Positions 12,364 through 25,087 of a stretch of 64,000 nucleotides of DNA are shown in pieces. Source of the stretch: Takakia lepidozioides (lineage: Eukaryota; Plantae; Bryophyta); contig CM060733.1 of assembly GCA_030704615.1 (NCBI GenBank), positions 52,390,001 through 52,454,000 of the forward strand. The letters are read 5' to 3'. How positions within the stretch are numbered: position 1 is the first letter of the stretch; each line of letters starts with the position of its first letter. A program made the translations under genes and the position numbers. The notes beneath the pieces were generated by a model. It was not told where the DNA came from, did not search any database, and saw only the letters and a list, made by a program, of their open reading frames with translations.

Positions 12364-13442
12364 TGATTGAACCGTGAACAAGTGTGTGGGACTGACCAAT
12401 AGAAAACCGACAAAACCTCCCCTCCCAAATAATCACCTTTGCACCTCCCGTTGGCAGTGCCAAGCAACGAAGTCCGAAAAGACTACAGGATGCCAAGGAA
12501 CCACACCTGAGAGAGAGAGAGAGATATATGACTCCGGCCGAAGCCGGCGTAACTAAGAGCCACTTCACCTCGCGGCTACTGCCCCCTTTCGGGGGTGGGC
12601 CCTATGAAACTAGAGGGTGCCCGGGGGGCACCCAGCAACCAAAGGAGAAATGGTATCCGAGGGTACCTAAGAGATAGCGGATAGACTGGATTCAAGCTGC
12701 CTTTTGTTAGTGATAATAGCAGTGAGAGAGCGTATTGTCGTCAGATGGATTGCTTTAAAGCATTTGTGTATGGGGGAGAAATGGATTTTGAGGCCGGCGT
12801 ATTGCGAGGATGAGCGGGGCGTATTTTTGACATTTTTCTAGAGTGGAAGAGCTGGGGTAGCGGTCATTACAGTATGTGAATTCGATAAAGTGAATGCTGA
12901 GGTTTGGGGATGGGGTGCTAGGCAGTGGTGCATTTATGGATAGCCCATGCACTAGTACAATGTCCGGACAAAGTCTGGCGGGGCATGTACAGGGTGGGGG
13001 TGATCGGCAGGAGCATGACAATAGCCATGAAGGTACAGTGTGGTCCGGGGGCCTGCCCTGGTAGGTTCCAGCATTGATGAGTGAGAACCAGTGTGTTTCA
13101 GGCCGTCGTAAGAGAAGTTTATGGATGTGCCAAACGGCATGGTTGTGTCAAGTAATACGAAGGCCATGAATGACGGGATGTGTACATTGGCTAAGCAGGT
13201 GAAGCCAAGTGTCGCGGGTCGAGTGGATGCTAGCACAGAGTGGACAATTTGGGGAGGGAAAAATGTGGGACCAGAAGGTGTGTTTCCGCTGGTTTCGCTG
13301 ATTGAACCGTGAACAAGTGTGTGGGACTGACCAATAGAAAACCGACAAAACCTCCCCCCCCAAATAATCACCTTTGCACCTCCCGTTGGTAGTGCCAAGC
13401 AACGAAGTCCGAAAGGACTACAGGATGCCAAGGAACCGCACC
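12364..13442 (+). repeat. About 143-bp direct repeat pair (12364-12506 and 13299-13442)
   Basis: Near-identical TGATTGAACCGTGAACAAGTGTGTGGGACTGACCAATAG...GGATGCCAAGGAACC in both places. Confidence 0.9.
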
Positions 13443-13803
13443 ACGAGAGGGCGAAAGTGATCAGAAAAAGAGGGGGGAATGGTTTATATAGGCGCCCACC
13501 AGCCCCCCCCTCCCAAAAAAAAAAAATGGCATTCGAAGGCTTGCCAAAAACCATGATGATCCAACGTCCAAGTCCTATCTCCATTCTCTAACCTCACAAT
13601 GGATACTTACCATGCCAACAGGTTCAAATTGGTCAATCGTCTCCCAAACTAACTCTGAAACCATTCTCTGCCGATTGTATTGAAAATTTGCATATAATGT
13701 GGACCGTCATATATGGTATCTGAAAACAAGTAAAAGTCGATGGACGATGCATTTGACAACATCTGCTCCTATCATTATTTTGGTGTCCCATCCCCCATCC
13801 ATG

Positions 13804-13925
13804 CAGGGATGCCTCGGCGTGAGCCTGGTCACGTGAGCACGTGAGCGCGTGAGCGCAACTGCGCTTACGCCACGTCACCTTGCGCAAATGCCACGTCACG
13901 GGGCTCAGTCCACGTCATCACACGT
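13804..13925 (+). repeat. Left TIR and subterminal CGTGAGC / GCCACGTCA motifs of the MULE
   Basis: GGCGTGAGC...CACGTGAGC is mirrored at the right end. CCACGTCA occurs near 13870, 13891 and 13910. Confidence 0.8.
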
Positions 13926-14719
13926 GGAGGCCGAGTCACCACGCACCCAGAAAGAAGTGGAGTGTATTCCCACGGATTGGCACCCTTTACCGCGGAAACA
14001 AGCTGGACGACATAATAAAAGGCATTGAATAAATGATGGATGAATGTACAGTTGGATGATAAACAGATGGATGAGTGTGAAAAATGTATGTAGATGGATG
14101 AATGACGGATGGATAAGAGTAAAATGGATGAATGTATAATGGATGTTGAACAATGACAAAAATTCATGACAGGAAGATGCATGACCAAATCTTTTGACGA
14201 ATGCACAAAGTATATGAAATGAGTGTGGAAGGTTTGTGGGGTGGATTAAAGAGTACAGAGGATGAATGTACAATGGATGTTGTACAAATGAAGCTTTCAT
14301 GAATGGAGCACGCATGAATACAGTGTAGATGAATGCACAATGGATATGAGAAGAGTCAGGAAGGTTTGTGAGATGGATTCATACATATAGCAATTTAAAC
14401 GAAAGTTGATTCTGTGATTATTATTTGTTCTAAAGGAACAACTACGGTAGAGGAAGGGGATTCAACGTTTTCCAGATAATACGAAAATGAATATTAAAAG
14501 AATACAGTTCAGTCTGACTCAGAGTCAGTACAATGTATCCCTTCTTCCTCTGCATCTAAGTCTAAGTATTTTAGAACACCGGATCCACGCTGGATACACC
14601 TACGGCTGGCCACTAAAAAGTCAGGGGATAGGGACTCGGCCGCGTGAAGTGCCATTGCTTCGGCATAAACAGGGAGCAGAAAATTGGAAAGGGGGCTGTC
14701 GAAAACAGACTCGCCAGAA

Positions 14720-17700
14720 ATGACTGTATCTCCTGAAGATCCACCGCTGCCTTTCCTGAAAGACAGCCTGAAAAAGTTATTACTGTAACTTTGATGTTAT
14801 CGAGAAATTGAGTATGACTCCCAAAGAGGGTTTAGCACTTACTCACATGAAAAGTCGTTGTCGACCTGCTTATCTTCGGGATCGTCATCATTTCAAATTT
14901 GAATCCGATCAGTCTGTGTGCCTGAAGTGGAGCCAGACAAAAGGGGGAGGAGCACGGTGTTGTAGAGGTCAGAATCACCCTCCATGCCAAAAAGGCTTCT
15001 TCCGCCTGCCTTGCATGCGTGGTAAGTTGCTCCTGCACCAGACAGGAGAACATAAACAGTTTGGAGGAGGGGATTTAAGCAGATGAAACTGTTGAAAGGA
15101 AACCAATTCGGAAGGGAGAAAACGAACCTGTGGACACAGAAAGATCGACCACCCGTGCAGAGCGGTGGCTGCATGACTCCAGCAGTATTTGCATGAATGC
15201 TGGTGACTTTTCCTTTGCACCTCTCCAGGGAGTGCCATCTGGTCTCTTCAGAGTCTGACTGGACTGCATGAAGTTGTACAAAATGTCATCGACATGGGGC
15301 TCATAGGGGGGGTTGACGAAACAACCCTGGTCAGAAATCTCAAAGCTGCGGATGGAAGATGGTGTCTTTGATGTGCGAATCCTCCGCAGGCAGATCGCCT
15401 CGAACATCCTCGTCTGCAAAGATAGCAGGTTAGTGTGGTAAACACAATCTAAAGTGGAAGTGTGTACATCGGCTATTCAGAACTCTGACACAAAAAAACC
15501 ATGAATCGTTGATGATCAGTGTCGATCATAAAACATTCTACTAGAGTGGAGCTGCAGAGAAAATTGAAACTCATGATCAAAGCACAAGCAGAAGGGAGAC
15601 GGCATACCAGCTGACTAGGGAAACCCCCTTTCACAAGGTAGAGGCTGTTCACACAATTCCATGTGCGCAAAACTTCAAACCCTGAAGACTTGAGGTATGA
15701 TGCCAATGCCCGACGACTATCATTGTCACATGACTGAAAAAGCAGAAGTGTCCCTGCATCAGAGAGGAAATTGTTACAGAACCCGAACACCCAACTCCAG
15801 TAGTTGTCCTCGAATTTGTTCCAGCCTGGCGTCTTGCCCTTTGGAAGAACTTCTGGCACAGCCTGGCCATCCGGGATGTCGAGAATGACAATGTCGGCCG
15901 CATAAGTTTTCTGCACACCGCACACGAAGGTGGGACCTGTGCTCACCTGCAACAGACATGTTTTTTATAAGAACGATGGCAAGAATGTTTTCAAAGAACG
16001 AGACTGAAATACTGCCAACGAAACTTTCAGAGAAAAAGGAAAGAAACTGGAATTCTCACCAGATTGAGGAATGAGATTATATTGTCCCAGGTAGGGGATG
16101 GCACCCCAGTGTATCCTCTCTTTCGACTCTGCATCATCGAAAGCCAACCCTCATTAACAATTTTCATCTCTCCTGCTGAATCAGAATGGGAAGGGTGTGG
16201 CTTGGCATCGAACACGCACTGAAGAGTGCGGGTATATCTTCCAGCAGTAAAGTCCTGCCCACTCTCCATCTCCTTTTCATTCTCCTTCCCCTTGTCCTTT
16301 TCCTTCTCTTTGGACTTGTCTTTGTCCTTTGGCTTTGCTGGTGAGATGGCTATGACATCAACAGCCTTGTCTTTTGGTTTGCGGCCCGCCTTCTTTCCCT
16401 TCTGCGGCGTTCCCTGAGCATCAGGCTCCTTGGCAGCCAAGGTTGCTATGTTTCGTTGATACTCTTCGTCAGTCAAAGGCGCCAGCATCTCAGCGTTATT
16501 GTTCAAGTATTTCATATGCTGTTCTTGAAAGGTCGTGTGCTCAGGTGGGCAGTCAAGGTACCACCCACAGTCTCTGAAGTGAGAAGGACTCCAGTCCTTC
16601 AATATCCCTGCAGTATACATGGTTGGATCGTTTGCAGGGTCCGACCACATGTCAAGATAGTCGGGAATTCCGCTCAGGTGATTTCCTTCCATAAGCACAT
16701 ATTTTCGTGTACCTGAAAAAAGGAGATGAATCCCAACCCACAAAAGCGCTCAGTGAGTAAGATGCAAGTAGAACAGAAAGAATAAAACATGGATTGAAAT
16801 GGCTCTGACAACTGCTCCAAGGACCTTTCAGGACCACACTATTGCTCCAGATATGAATGTCGTCAACGCCATTCAGAACATTCCATTCCATGACACTATA
16901 AATACATCCTAATCCAGGTGAATGCAAATAATCGATTAGAAATGACACAGACATAGAAGTGAATGTCGTCAACGACATTCAAGAATGAAGCCAAATTATT
17001 ACTTAAATGAAGCAAAATCACAGGATGGAAATAAAAAAATTGAGTAAGGAACCATCCAGGAAAACTCAATGCACATTCATAACGAACCTATCACTGAGGA
17101 CCTCACAACATCACTGTATGTGAATGGCGTCAACGCCATTCACAAAAATACCAAAAAGAAACCAATTACTTAGCTCCCCAATCCATGTAAATTGAATTTG
17201 TCGCTTTTGAATAATACAGACACAGCTGTGAATGTCGTCAACGACATTCTCTTTGGATTTCTTAAAACAGAGCTTATCAAGCCTCCATATTCATCGCAAG
17301 AGGAAAAAACAATGCAGAACAACTGAATGTCTGCATTGACATTCAGCAAAATGAAGTGAGGAACCCTCACTGTAACCTCTATGGACATTACAAAAATTTA
17401 AATAACCTTGAGGACCTCTCAACAACTCCGTATATGAATGTCGTCAACGCCATTCAAGGACATTATCAATTCTAATCAGGGACAATATAATTGCACCCTT
17501 AGATCCTAACCAGGTGAATTCATATACTCGCTTAAGAATGACTCAGACAAAGAAGTGAATGTCGTCAACGACATTCAATCTGGATCTAAGATTGCAATCC
17601 ATATGAAGCCACATTTTTTCCCAAAAAAACAGTAGAGTTTCAAGTATGACATTGCACCTGTACACAACTCGCATCATGGCCCACTCTCCTCCAACCTGAC

Positions 17701-20244
17701 TGTCAAAGTCGTTGGACCGTAAAATGTTACCATCTTTGGAGAACTCCCGGAAAAAACAGTATCTCCAGGTGAGACCTCTCCACTTCCTTATGTATGCCTC
17801 CAATGACATTTGGGGAGGGGAAACAATCGCAATGTTCAGGTCCTTCAAAGTCTGATCCAGCACAATGACGGCGCTTTTTCGAGCTGCAAATAGTATATTT
17901 GTCAGAATTGCAAAAAAGATACACATCACATACTTGAAGAGAAGAAACAGCATGTTCGAATACACACTTGACTCCAAAATGTAGCCTTGTGGAGCCAGTT
18001 ATCAAACACCAAATCACTGATTCCTTCCACCTTTGTGCCAGGCTGTATGGTGCTCTTTGGGAACTGATTCAAGTCCTTTACTGTTTGATCTGAGTTCCAT
18101 ATCTCCAGCCACCTTATTTTTGTTTGTGGGTCGACCATCGATATGGCCAGCCGGTGCAATTTCTCCTGCTGCATCTCCGGATGCACATGCTTGTCATAGT
18201 GTGTTTTGATCTGCTGAAGGAACTCAGGACCAAGTCCAGGATCTACTATTCTAAGCTGCTTTCCGAAGGCTGACATCAATTTGGTTCTTCGCATCTCAAA
18301 CTCCTTCTTTATTGCAGCTTCCACACCCTTTGATGTCCTTAGTTCCTCTGGTGTAGTGCGGTAATATTCGGATTTTCCCTTCTCAGCTGCCTCTGCAAGT
18401 TCTTGCTGCATTCATTCAAGTAGTGATTAGCTCCGAAGGGACTCTAAACATGTATTCGAAAAGTAAACAGATTACAGACTCGGGCTTACCGCATACATGT
18501 ACTCCAGAAACGCCTCTCGTGTCAAAGAATACCAAGTGCCTGCAGCTCTTCCTGTTTCGCACTTCTTGATGATATTGGGTGGTAGTACTGTCCGAAAATC
18601 ATCCAGCTTCATCAGACCAATCCTCTGAATTCGGAATAGTGTGTGAACCAAGCTTGTTGTCACATGCGATTTCTCTGTCGATCTGCAAAAACATTGGAAA
18701 CATTGCATTCCTTAACACTGTTTTTTGAGGATTAACAAGACACTACAGAGGGAATCAAATCTCCTGGATGACTTACTTGTTCACGTCGTGCATAGCTGTA
18801 AGAAGCCTAGCGATGTCGTTTCCTGGATCCAAAACCATTGCCTCCATAGCAACATGCTTGTCTTTGTCTTTCGAATGGTGTTTCTGAATGTATCCCATCC
18901 ATGCCAGCAATCGGTGGTTGCCGTCCCAGACGTAGAACACGTGGTTGCAAAATTGCTGGGTGTTCTTTCCCATCATGAGGCCCAGCTCGAACTCCTCATT
19001 GGCATCTTTCCAGCACTCATCCCAGTTATCACTGATCTCTGGAGAAACTAATGTGCTTTTCCCATTTATATCCGTCAGTGACACATAAAAAACTTGTGCA
19101 CCAAGTCTATATCCATGCACAAAATCACTCTCCAATTTTGTTATGTCATGGGAAAGAGGTGGACGCACAACAGGCATTGATATCATCCGGCACAGAGGTA
19201 TGTCTAGACGCCCTCCAGATACGAGCATGTCCCTTATAACCTCCTGAGAGTTTACCTTCTGGAATGACATGAGTTCTTTCACCTTGTCAAGGTAGTGCAC
19301 TTCGGATTCATCTGCTTCATCTGTATTCTCTGAGCTTTTTGCGGACTCGTCCCCATCTCCAGATCCTTTCCCCTCTGATCCTGTAGGCTTCGACCTCACA
19401 GTTTTCTGCACGATGCCATTCAGTTCTGACTAAGTGATTTGCAAATAGTGAATGGCGGTAACGACAATCACTCTGTATCAAGGAAACTCACCATGAATGG
19501 TGTGAAAGAATTCAGCACAATCTACACATGCAAAGCCGAGACTGCCGTATTCAAAACAAAAGCGAGAGCGATAGCGAACGGCGTTAACGACAATCACAAA
19601 AGATAACAACCTGCCGGATCGGTGTTGTGTAATGACATATATGTGCAACTGATTGGCGGCAACGACATTCAGTGTAGTTTAGGGAGAATAGTAAGTGCAG
19701 ACTCTCTCTTCAAACACATAGGTACATAAATCTCATGAGGAGAATCGAATGGCGTTAACGACGCTCGCGATTCAGTAGTTCCTGCTAAAGAATGGAAGAG
19801 GAAGGACTCCTTGAAAGGCAATCAGACAGACTATATGATAAAACTTACTGGCACCTTCTTAGGTTTTGAAATTTGATCCCCTTCTGCAGCTTTCCTCTTC
19901 CCTCTCACATCTGCTGGAGTTTCTGTCTGCGCAAGGGTTTCTTGACCTTCTTCAGGTTCGGCGTTCCGCGTGCTTCCACCTTCTTCAGTGTCCCTGCGAT
20001 TCATCTCTGCCTCCACAGGCTGGCGCACTCTTATCGCCGACTGTGTCGCAGCCGCTGCCTCAGTCTCCGTCTGCTCTTGTGAATCAGTCTCCGCGTTCAC
20101 CTGCTGCCTTGGCCCTGTGTTCTCCAACAAACGACGCCTCGTCATTTTCTCTCTTGCTCTGCGTCTCTCTCTAAGGGAAGTAAAATAAAGAGACTTTCTT
20201 CTCTTTCGTATTCTAGAAGGAACCCTCTCCAGCTTGACTACCAC
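14720..20244 (-). CDS. Multi-exon MULE accessory gene: ParB/Srx-like domain plus beta-class amino-methyltransferase-like domain (exon limits approximate)
   Basis: ORF pieces 19831-20244, 18773-19411 (IPLCRMISMPVVRP...FYVWDGNHRLLAW), 18472-18708, 17926-18411, 17543-17977, 16027-16743, 15473-15952 (ADIVILDIPDG), 15075-15419 (WRGAKEKSPAF...VVDLSVSTG) and 14893-15030 (ACKAGGRSLFGMEGD), bounded by GT-AG-like junctions. Confidence 0.7.
16855..17576. repeat. Intronic array of 20-bp palindromes GAATG(T/G)CGT-CA-ACG(A/C)CATTC, six copies in three diverged ~270-310-bp units
   Basis: Copies at 16855, 16961, 17122, 17230, 17436 and 17557. Confidence 0.92.
19450..19766. repeat. Second intronic cluster of four degenerate copies of the same 20-bp palindrome
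   Basis: GAATGGCGGTAACGACAATC (19450), GAACGGCGTTAACGACAATC (19576), GATTGGCGGCAACGACATTC (19651), GAATGGCGTTAACGACGCTC (19747). Confidence 0.8.
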
Positions 20245-20923
20245 TCTCCCTCTAAGCGCGAAAAGTAGAAAAACGCAGTGACTCCCGATTTCTTGCGGGA
20301 TTGCCTGTGTTCTTGCGTGTCTCTAGAAGCATCGGATTCCCTCCCGCGTGACCGTTACACATAGTCGTTTCCTTATTAGTGCACATGCCAGCAATTGGTG
20401 TACAGCTGTTCGTATTCAGTTATGGATGTCTGACGTGTGCCGCCCAAAAAAAACGGCGTGTTCTTTATTATAACGGGTTCAATATTTAAAAAGAACAGCG
20501 AATCCCAGAAATTGATGCGCAGTCTTAAACAAATAAATATAAATGAACGAGAGTTTGATGACAAATTCAGGAATATCATACACGGTCATCCTTGTTATCC
20601 AAACCCCACATTCGTTTCACATTTGGAACTTTCCAGGTGCGCATGATCATTGGTAGTAGTATATAGATACATTTACTTAATCTGCAATCCCATTCTCGGA
20701 TCCTGTGGCATGCTTCCAGGAAGTCGGCTTTGTTATTGGGTTTATTGATGAGGTTCTGATTAACGGTTTAACAGTTGCCGACACTGCCCCTATGGATTCT
20801 CTGACCACTGGGCCCACAAGAAAAGTAATTAAAATGGACGGCTGCATATCTGGAATGAATAACAGAATATGCACAGTCGTTATCTGAGCGATAGCAAGGT
20901 ACAAACATACTCGAGGAAGGAAG

Positions 20924-23900
20924 ATGACTTCCTCTGAAGCGGAGTTCTTCTCAGACGACAAACCAGTGCCGTTCTCCCAGGAAGTCCTTGACGATGGATT
21001 TGCAATTGTTCTGGAACATGTCTTGGCTACCCGTTTTCAGCTGCAGAATGGCTCCATCTTTTTGGAGAAAGAGGTTTACGATCTGAAAGGGAAGTTGGTG
21101 AAATATTCTTTCCAAAACCGTGATGAGACGGCTCATATCAGCCAGTGGAGAGTGCGTCCTGGTCGATACAGAGTACTTGGAGAGCCTCGGCGAAAGTCCC
21201 TTGGGTCATATGTGACGCCCGGGACTGCTGCTTCGGTCGTTGAAGACAAGAGGGAGGTGGTGGTGAAAAAAAAACAGACTTCCTCCACTCCAATCGTTGA
21301 GCTTTCGGATTCTTCCGATGATGACATAAGTGAAATTCCAAATCCAGTCCTTCCTACTGTGGTTGCAGAAGCTGATGAAGAAGAGATTTGTAGTGTCATT
21401 CCAAAATTGCGGGCGATGGGAGGAATGGCTGGATTCAAAAGTGAGTTGCGGGGAATTGATTGGGAATCTTTGAAGCAGGTGCCTGTGAAGTTCTTGCCGG
21501 AGACTTTTGATGGCGATATCCTATTCGAGCTGCCTCCTCCTCCGCGAGTTGGAGGTGTAACAATCATGATGCATGGAATGGACAAGAAACACGACGGACA
21601 CCCGTGGTGCAGAACAAAAACATCCAATATTCAGAATGATGACAAGCTTGTTTTCAGGAGGACAGTTTGCAATGGACACCTTAGGTGTGATAATTTGAAT
21701 TGCAGACACTTTCTTCAGTCTGGTGTTCATAATCAAAGCGAATGGGAGGGTCTGGCGGAGAATCCATTTCAGCCTGGGACTGCTCCTCCACCGGCAAACA
21801 CTTTCGTCTGCAAATTCTGCAAACTTGTGCCATCCTGCTTGGCGCTCTGCGGAGCAAGAATGTACTATGTTGTCCACCGTTTGAATACAATGACGAGAGC
21901 TTGTGTGCATTTTGGATTCCATAACCATCCTGTCTCGAAGGGGGATTACAGGGAGAGTGTTGAGACAGTATCGAGGTTGATCAAACAGGAGTTCGGGAGA
22001 AACCCATCCGCAACAACATCTGCAATTGCTCTTGGCGCAAACAAGTCCTTCTTGGAAAGCCATATTTTGAGTGAAGGAGATTCTGTGGGGACTAAACTTG
22101 ACGGTGCAGCATTGGACCTGGTCATGGATCATTTCTCCACTTTAAGTTCACCTAACATTCGGCATCAGATCAATGCATTGAGAATGGGCTCTGGGATCAG
22201 AGGCTACATAGACAATATTTTGGAATTGAAACGAGTGAGCAAGTACGATTACATCCAGGACAATGTATTCCCAGGTCAAGGTGCCATCAAAGTTTTTCTT
22301 TTCAAAATGTCGACTGTTGGGGAGGGCAGTGGGGTTAGCCTCGTGAAGCGGATGCAGAAGACTGGGGACTTGCAGAACTGTTTTCTTATGTTTGATCATG
22401 TGAAACGAGTGAAGGATTGGACGACAATGGCTTGTCATGTCTACGATCCAGTGTACCAACGAGTTATGACAATTGCAGTTTGTGACATGCAATCCGAGGA
22501 TACGGAATCCCAGAAGCTCATGTGGAATTCCCTGATACGTATCATGGGCTGCCATGGGCTGCCATCTCCAAATTTCGCAGGTTTCATGGCGGATAGTGCT
22601 CAAGCAAATTTCAATGCTATTCGTATTGTCTTCGGATCGGGCGACCCAAAAGTGCCTATGCCAGGAAGAGAGCGTACATGTCTATTCCATTGGACACAAT
22701 CTCTGGAAAAACATACAAAGTCGGACATCAAACCAGAGATGCAGACTCAGCACCGTAAATTGTGCAAAGAGTACAAAGATGCTAGAACAATGAAGGAGGC
22801 GGACACTTTGTTCCAGACAATTCGTGCCTGGTGGTTCTCTTCTGGAGCTGCATCACTTGAGAGTATGAGAGCATTGGAAGATTGGCTGGCGTTTTGGCAC
22901 TTCCGGTATAGACAGTGGGGAGCAGCCATGACAATGGTACGAGGCTTCTATTTCATGCTTTATTCATACATTTGCTTTCCATATTTTTGACTCATTGCTT
23001 TCTTTATGTTGTTTCCTGTGCACTATTCTGAAGTGTGGTTATCCTCTTTGCAGAACATGTCCATTGAGGAAATGGCGGACATGCCATCTTGCAATTTGGC
23101 AGAAACTGTGCACAATGCATGGTTGCAGCAGTCTGGGAAACGAGGTCGGGATTTGTATGTGGCAACAACAGATGATTTGATACGTGCCTTGCAACAACAA
23201 ACCCGATACCGTGATTTCTTACGAGGTGGGGTTGGTGGCAAGGGTCCGGACAAATGGGAGTTGATGTTGCGTGCTGCAAACAGATCTGGGGATCCAATCA
23301 AGATAGCACGGGCGGTGAGCATGTATGCCCAGGGAACGCCACTTGTTTCTAGAGTTCCACATCTTGAAGGGGAGGAGAGATTCGGCTCCTGTAAGAGGAA
23401 ATTGAACACTCCACCTGGTTCGGATTCAGATTCCACAGGGCAGACCGTGATAACTTCTCGAAGCCTCGTGTTCCCCTGCATGACAGCTCCATGTCCGGAA
23501 CCTCCATTGTGGAGGAACCTCCAACACGACGGCAAGCTCCAGCATCAAACCGTGCCACTGAAATGGTGCAGGAGAGAAACAACCCCCTTGATGTGCTTGA
23601 GTCCGCATGCCCCGACCACGTTTGGCACATAGAACGCACAAGTGTCGGGTCTCGTGTGAAATGTACAGCGATCAGGGCAACTAATTTCGAGAAGTGCACT
23701 TCATCTATATCCAGAGGTGGTGCCCGAACTCCTGCTCCGACTTTCACGGGCTTGATGCGTCCATACGGTCAACCAGAAGCCAAGAACCACAAGTTCTGGT
23801 TCTGCGCAGATGATTGTGCCAGATGTGTGCATGGAACTGTGCGTCCTTCCGTAGTGATGAAGCCATCTCCTCCAACCGTTTGGCCCGTGAAGGTGGGAAC

Positions 23901-24437
23901 ACATCTCAGCTTTCAGGAGATTGAAATGCTGGAGGAGGCAGGTTTTTCCCTTGCGAGACAACCCCAACTCCATGCATGTGCTACTACTCCTGCGTCCTCC
24001 CGGGTCCCCCGGCAAATCCTGACTTGTGGCCAACCAAACGAGATGGAAAGCTCGTTCGGCGTTTCCCTCCAACCGCTGAACACTTTGGCAAAGTGGAGTC
24101 CGCAAGAATGCTCCAAGCTCGTGTCGGAAGCACCACGGAAGTACCCGATCCAGGATATGGTCGGGTATTCACAATCATCACTTCCACATCTGCTGTTCAT
24201 GACAGGACCTACGACATCACGGTTTCCAATTTCCCCAATTGCACATGTCCTGATTTTGTGAATATGCTATCAACCAGTTTGGGCAAGAGAGGTAAATTCA
24301 TACCCTGCAAACATTTGTATTTCATATTTTTGAGGAGGATGGTTTGCGATCCCAAACGTGACAACTTCATTCACCAGGCCACTATGAGTTTCAACGAGGT
24401 CGATACTCTTTTGCAGCGGGATACAACACATGGGTAG
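20924..24437 (+). pseudogene. MULE/Mutator DDE transposase with N-terminal GCM-like Zn domain and C-terminal SWIM finger (one intron, two frameshifts)
   Basis: FLMFDHVKRV (D1), FMADSAQA (D2), CLFHW (CxxH), NLAETVHN (E), CTCPDF...PCKH (SWIM). Intron 22937-23053. Frameshifts near 23434 and 23970. Confidence 0.88.
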
Positions 24438-24889
24438 CATGAACTATGTAATGTGGTATGTGGATGACCATGATTTGAAATGTGTAATTCACATCAATTC
24501 GTCGGCTGTGCAATGATATGGCCTCCAACTATACGGAGTGAGCTCTGAGTGACAACTTTTAGGTAGTGCACATTTGTCATTGCACCGTTCGAAGTCTACA
24601 TGTCTTGCTGTCGCTATGCACTACAATCATCTTTTGAAGATGATCATAACTCTCATTGTTATTTGAGGAGGGAGGAAGTCTTCTCGTGGCAGCATTTATG
24701 GCGCACACTTTGTGAGGATATTTTGTCGTCTTCGTAATTGTAAAAGTGAAACAAGCATTTGTAATTGCACAATGTTGGATGCTGCAATTGTAGGCCTCAA
24801 CGCTCGTCTTGATTCTATTTAGGCAAGATTCCCTGCATTAATTCCACGGTAATAGGACCATCCACGGTTATAGGCGGCGCATGTTAATG

Positions 24890-25087
24890 TTGACGTGGCA
24901 GTTGACGGACAGTGCCACGTCATCATTTACCGCCACATCAGCATGCTGACATGACGCTCATGCCACGTCAGCGTGTGTGCAGGCTCACGCCACGTCAGCT
25001 GGCGTGAGCGTACGCTCACGCCACGTCACTCCTGCGTGAGCGTACGCTCGCGCGCTCACGTGCAACGCTCACGCCATTGCGTCGTTG
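24890..25087 (-). repeat. Right subterminal repeats and TIR of the MULE
   Basis: Several GCCACGTCA and GCGTGAGCGTACGCTC motifs. Ends GCTCACGCCATTGCGTCGTTG before the TSD. Confidence 0.8.

Larger units (their letters stand above)
13804..25087 (+). mobile_element. Full-length Mutator-like element (MULE), 11,284 bp, with transposase and a divergent ParB-MTase-like gene
   Basis: 9-bp TSD CCATCCATG at 13795-13803 and 25088-25096. Imperfect TIRs (CAGGGATGCCTCGGCGTGAGC vs reverse complement CAACGACGCAATGGCGTGAGC). MULE transposase inside. A flanking ORF reads through the empty site. Confidence 0.9.

Noticed and set aside
16855-17576. CRISPR-like array of palindromic repeats
   Set aside because: Intervening sequences are long, uneven and homologous to each other. 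The array lies in a spliceosomal intron and no cas genes are present.
14720-20244. Bacterial contamination or prophage as the source of the ParB/MTase gene
   Set aside because: The gene has many GT-AG introns and lies inside a Mutator element with a TSD in eukaryotic context.
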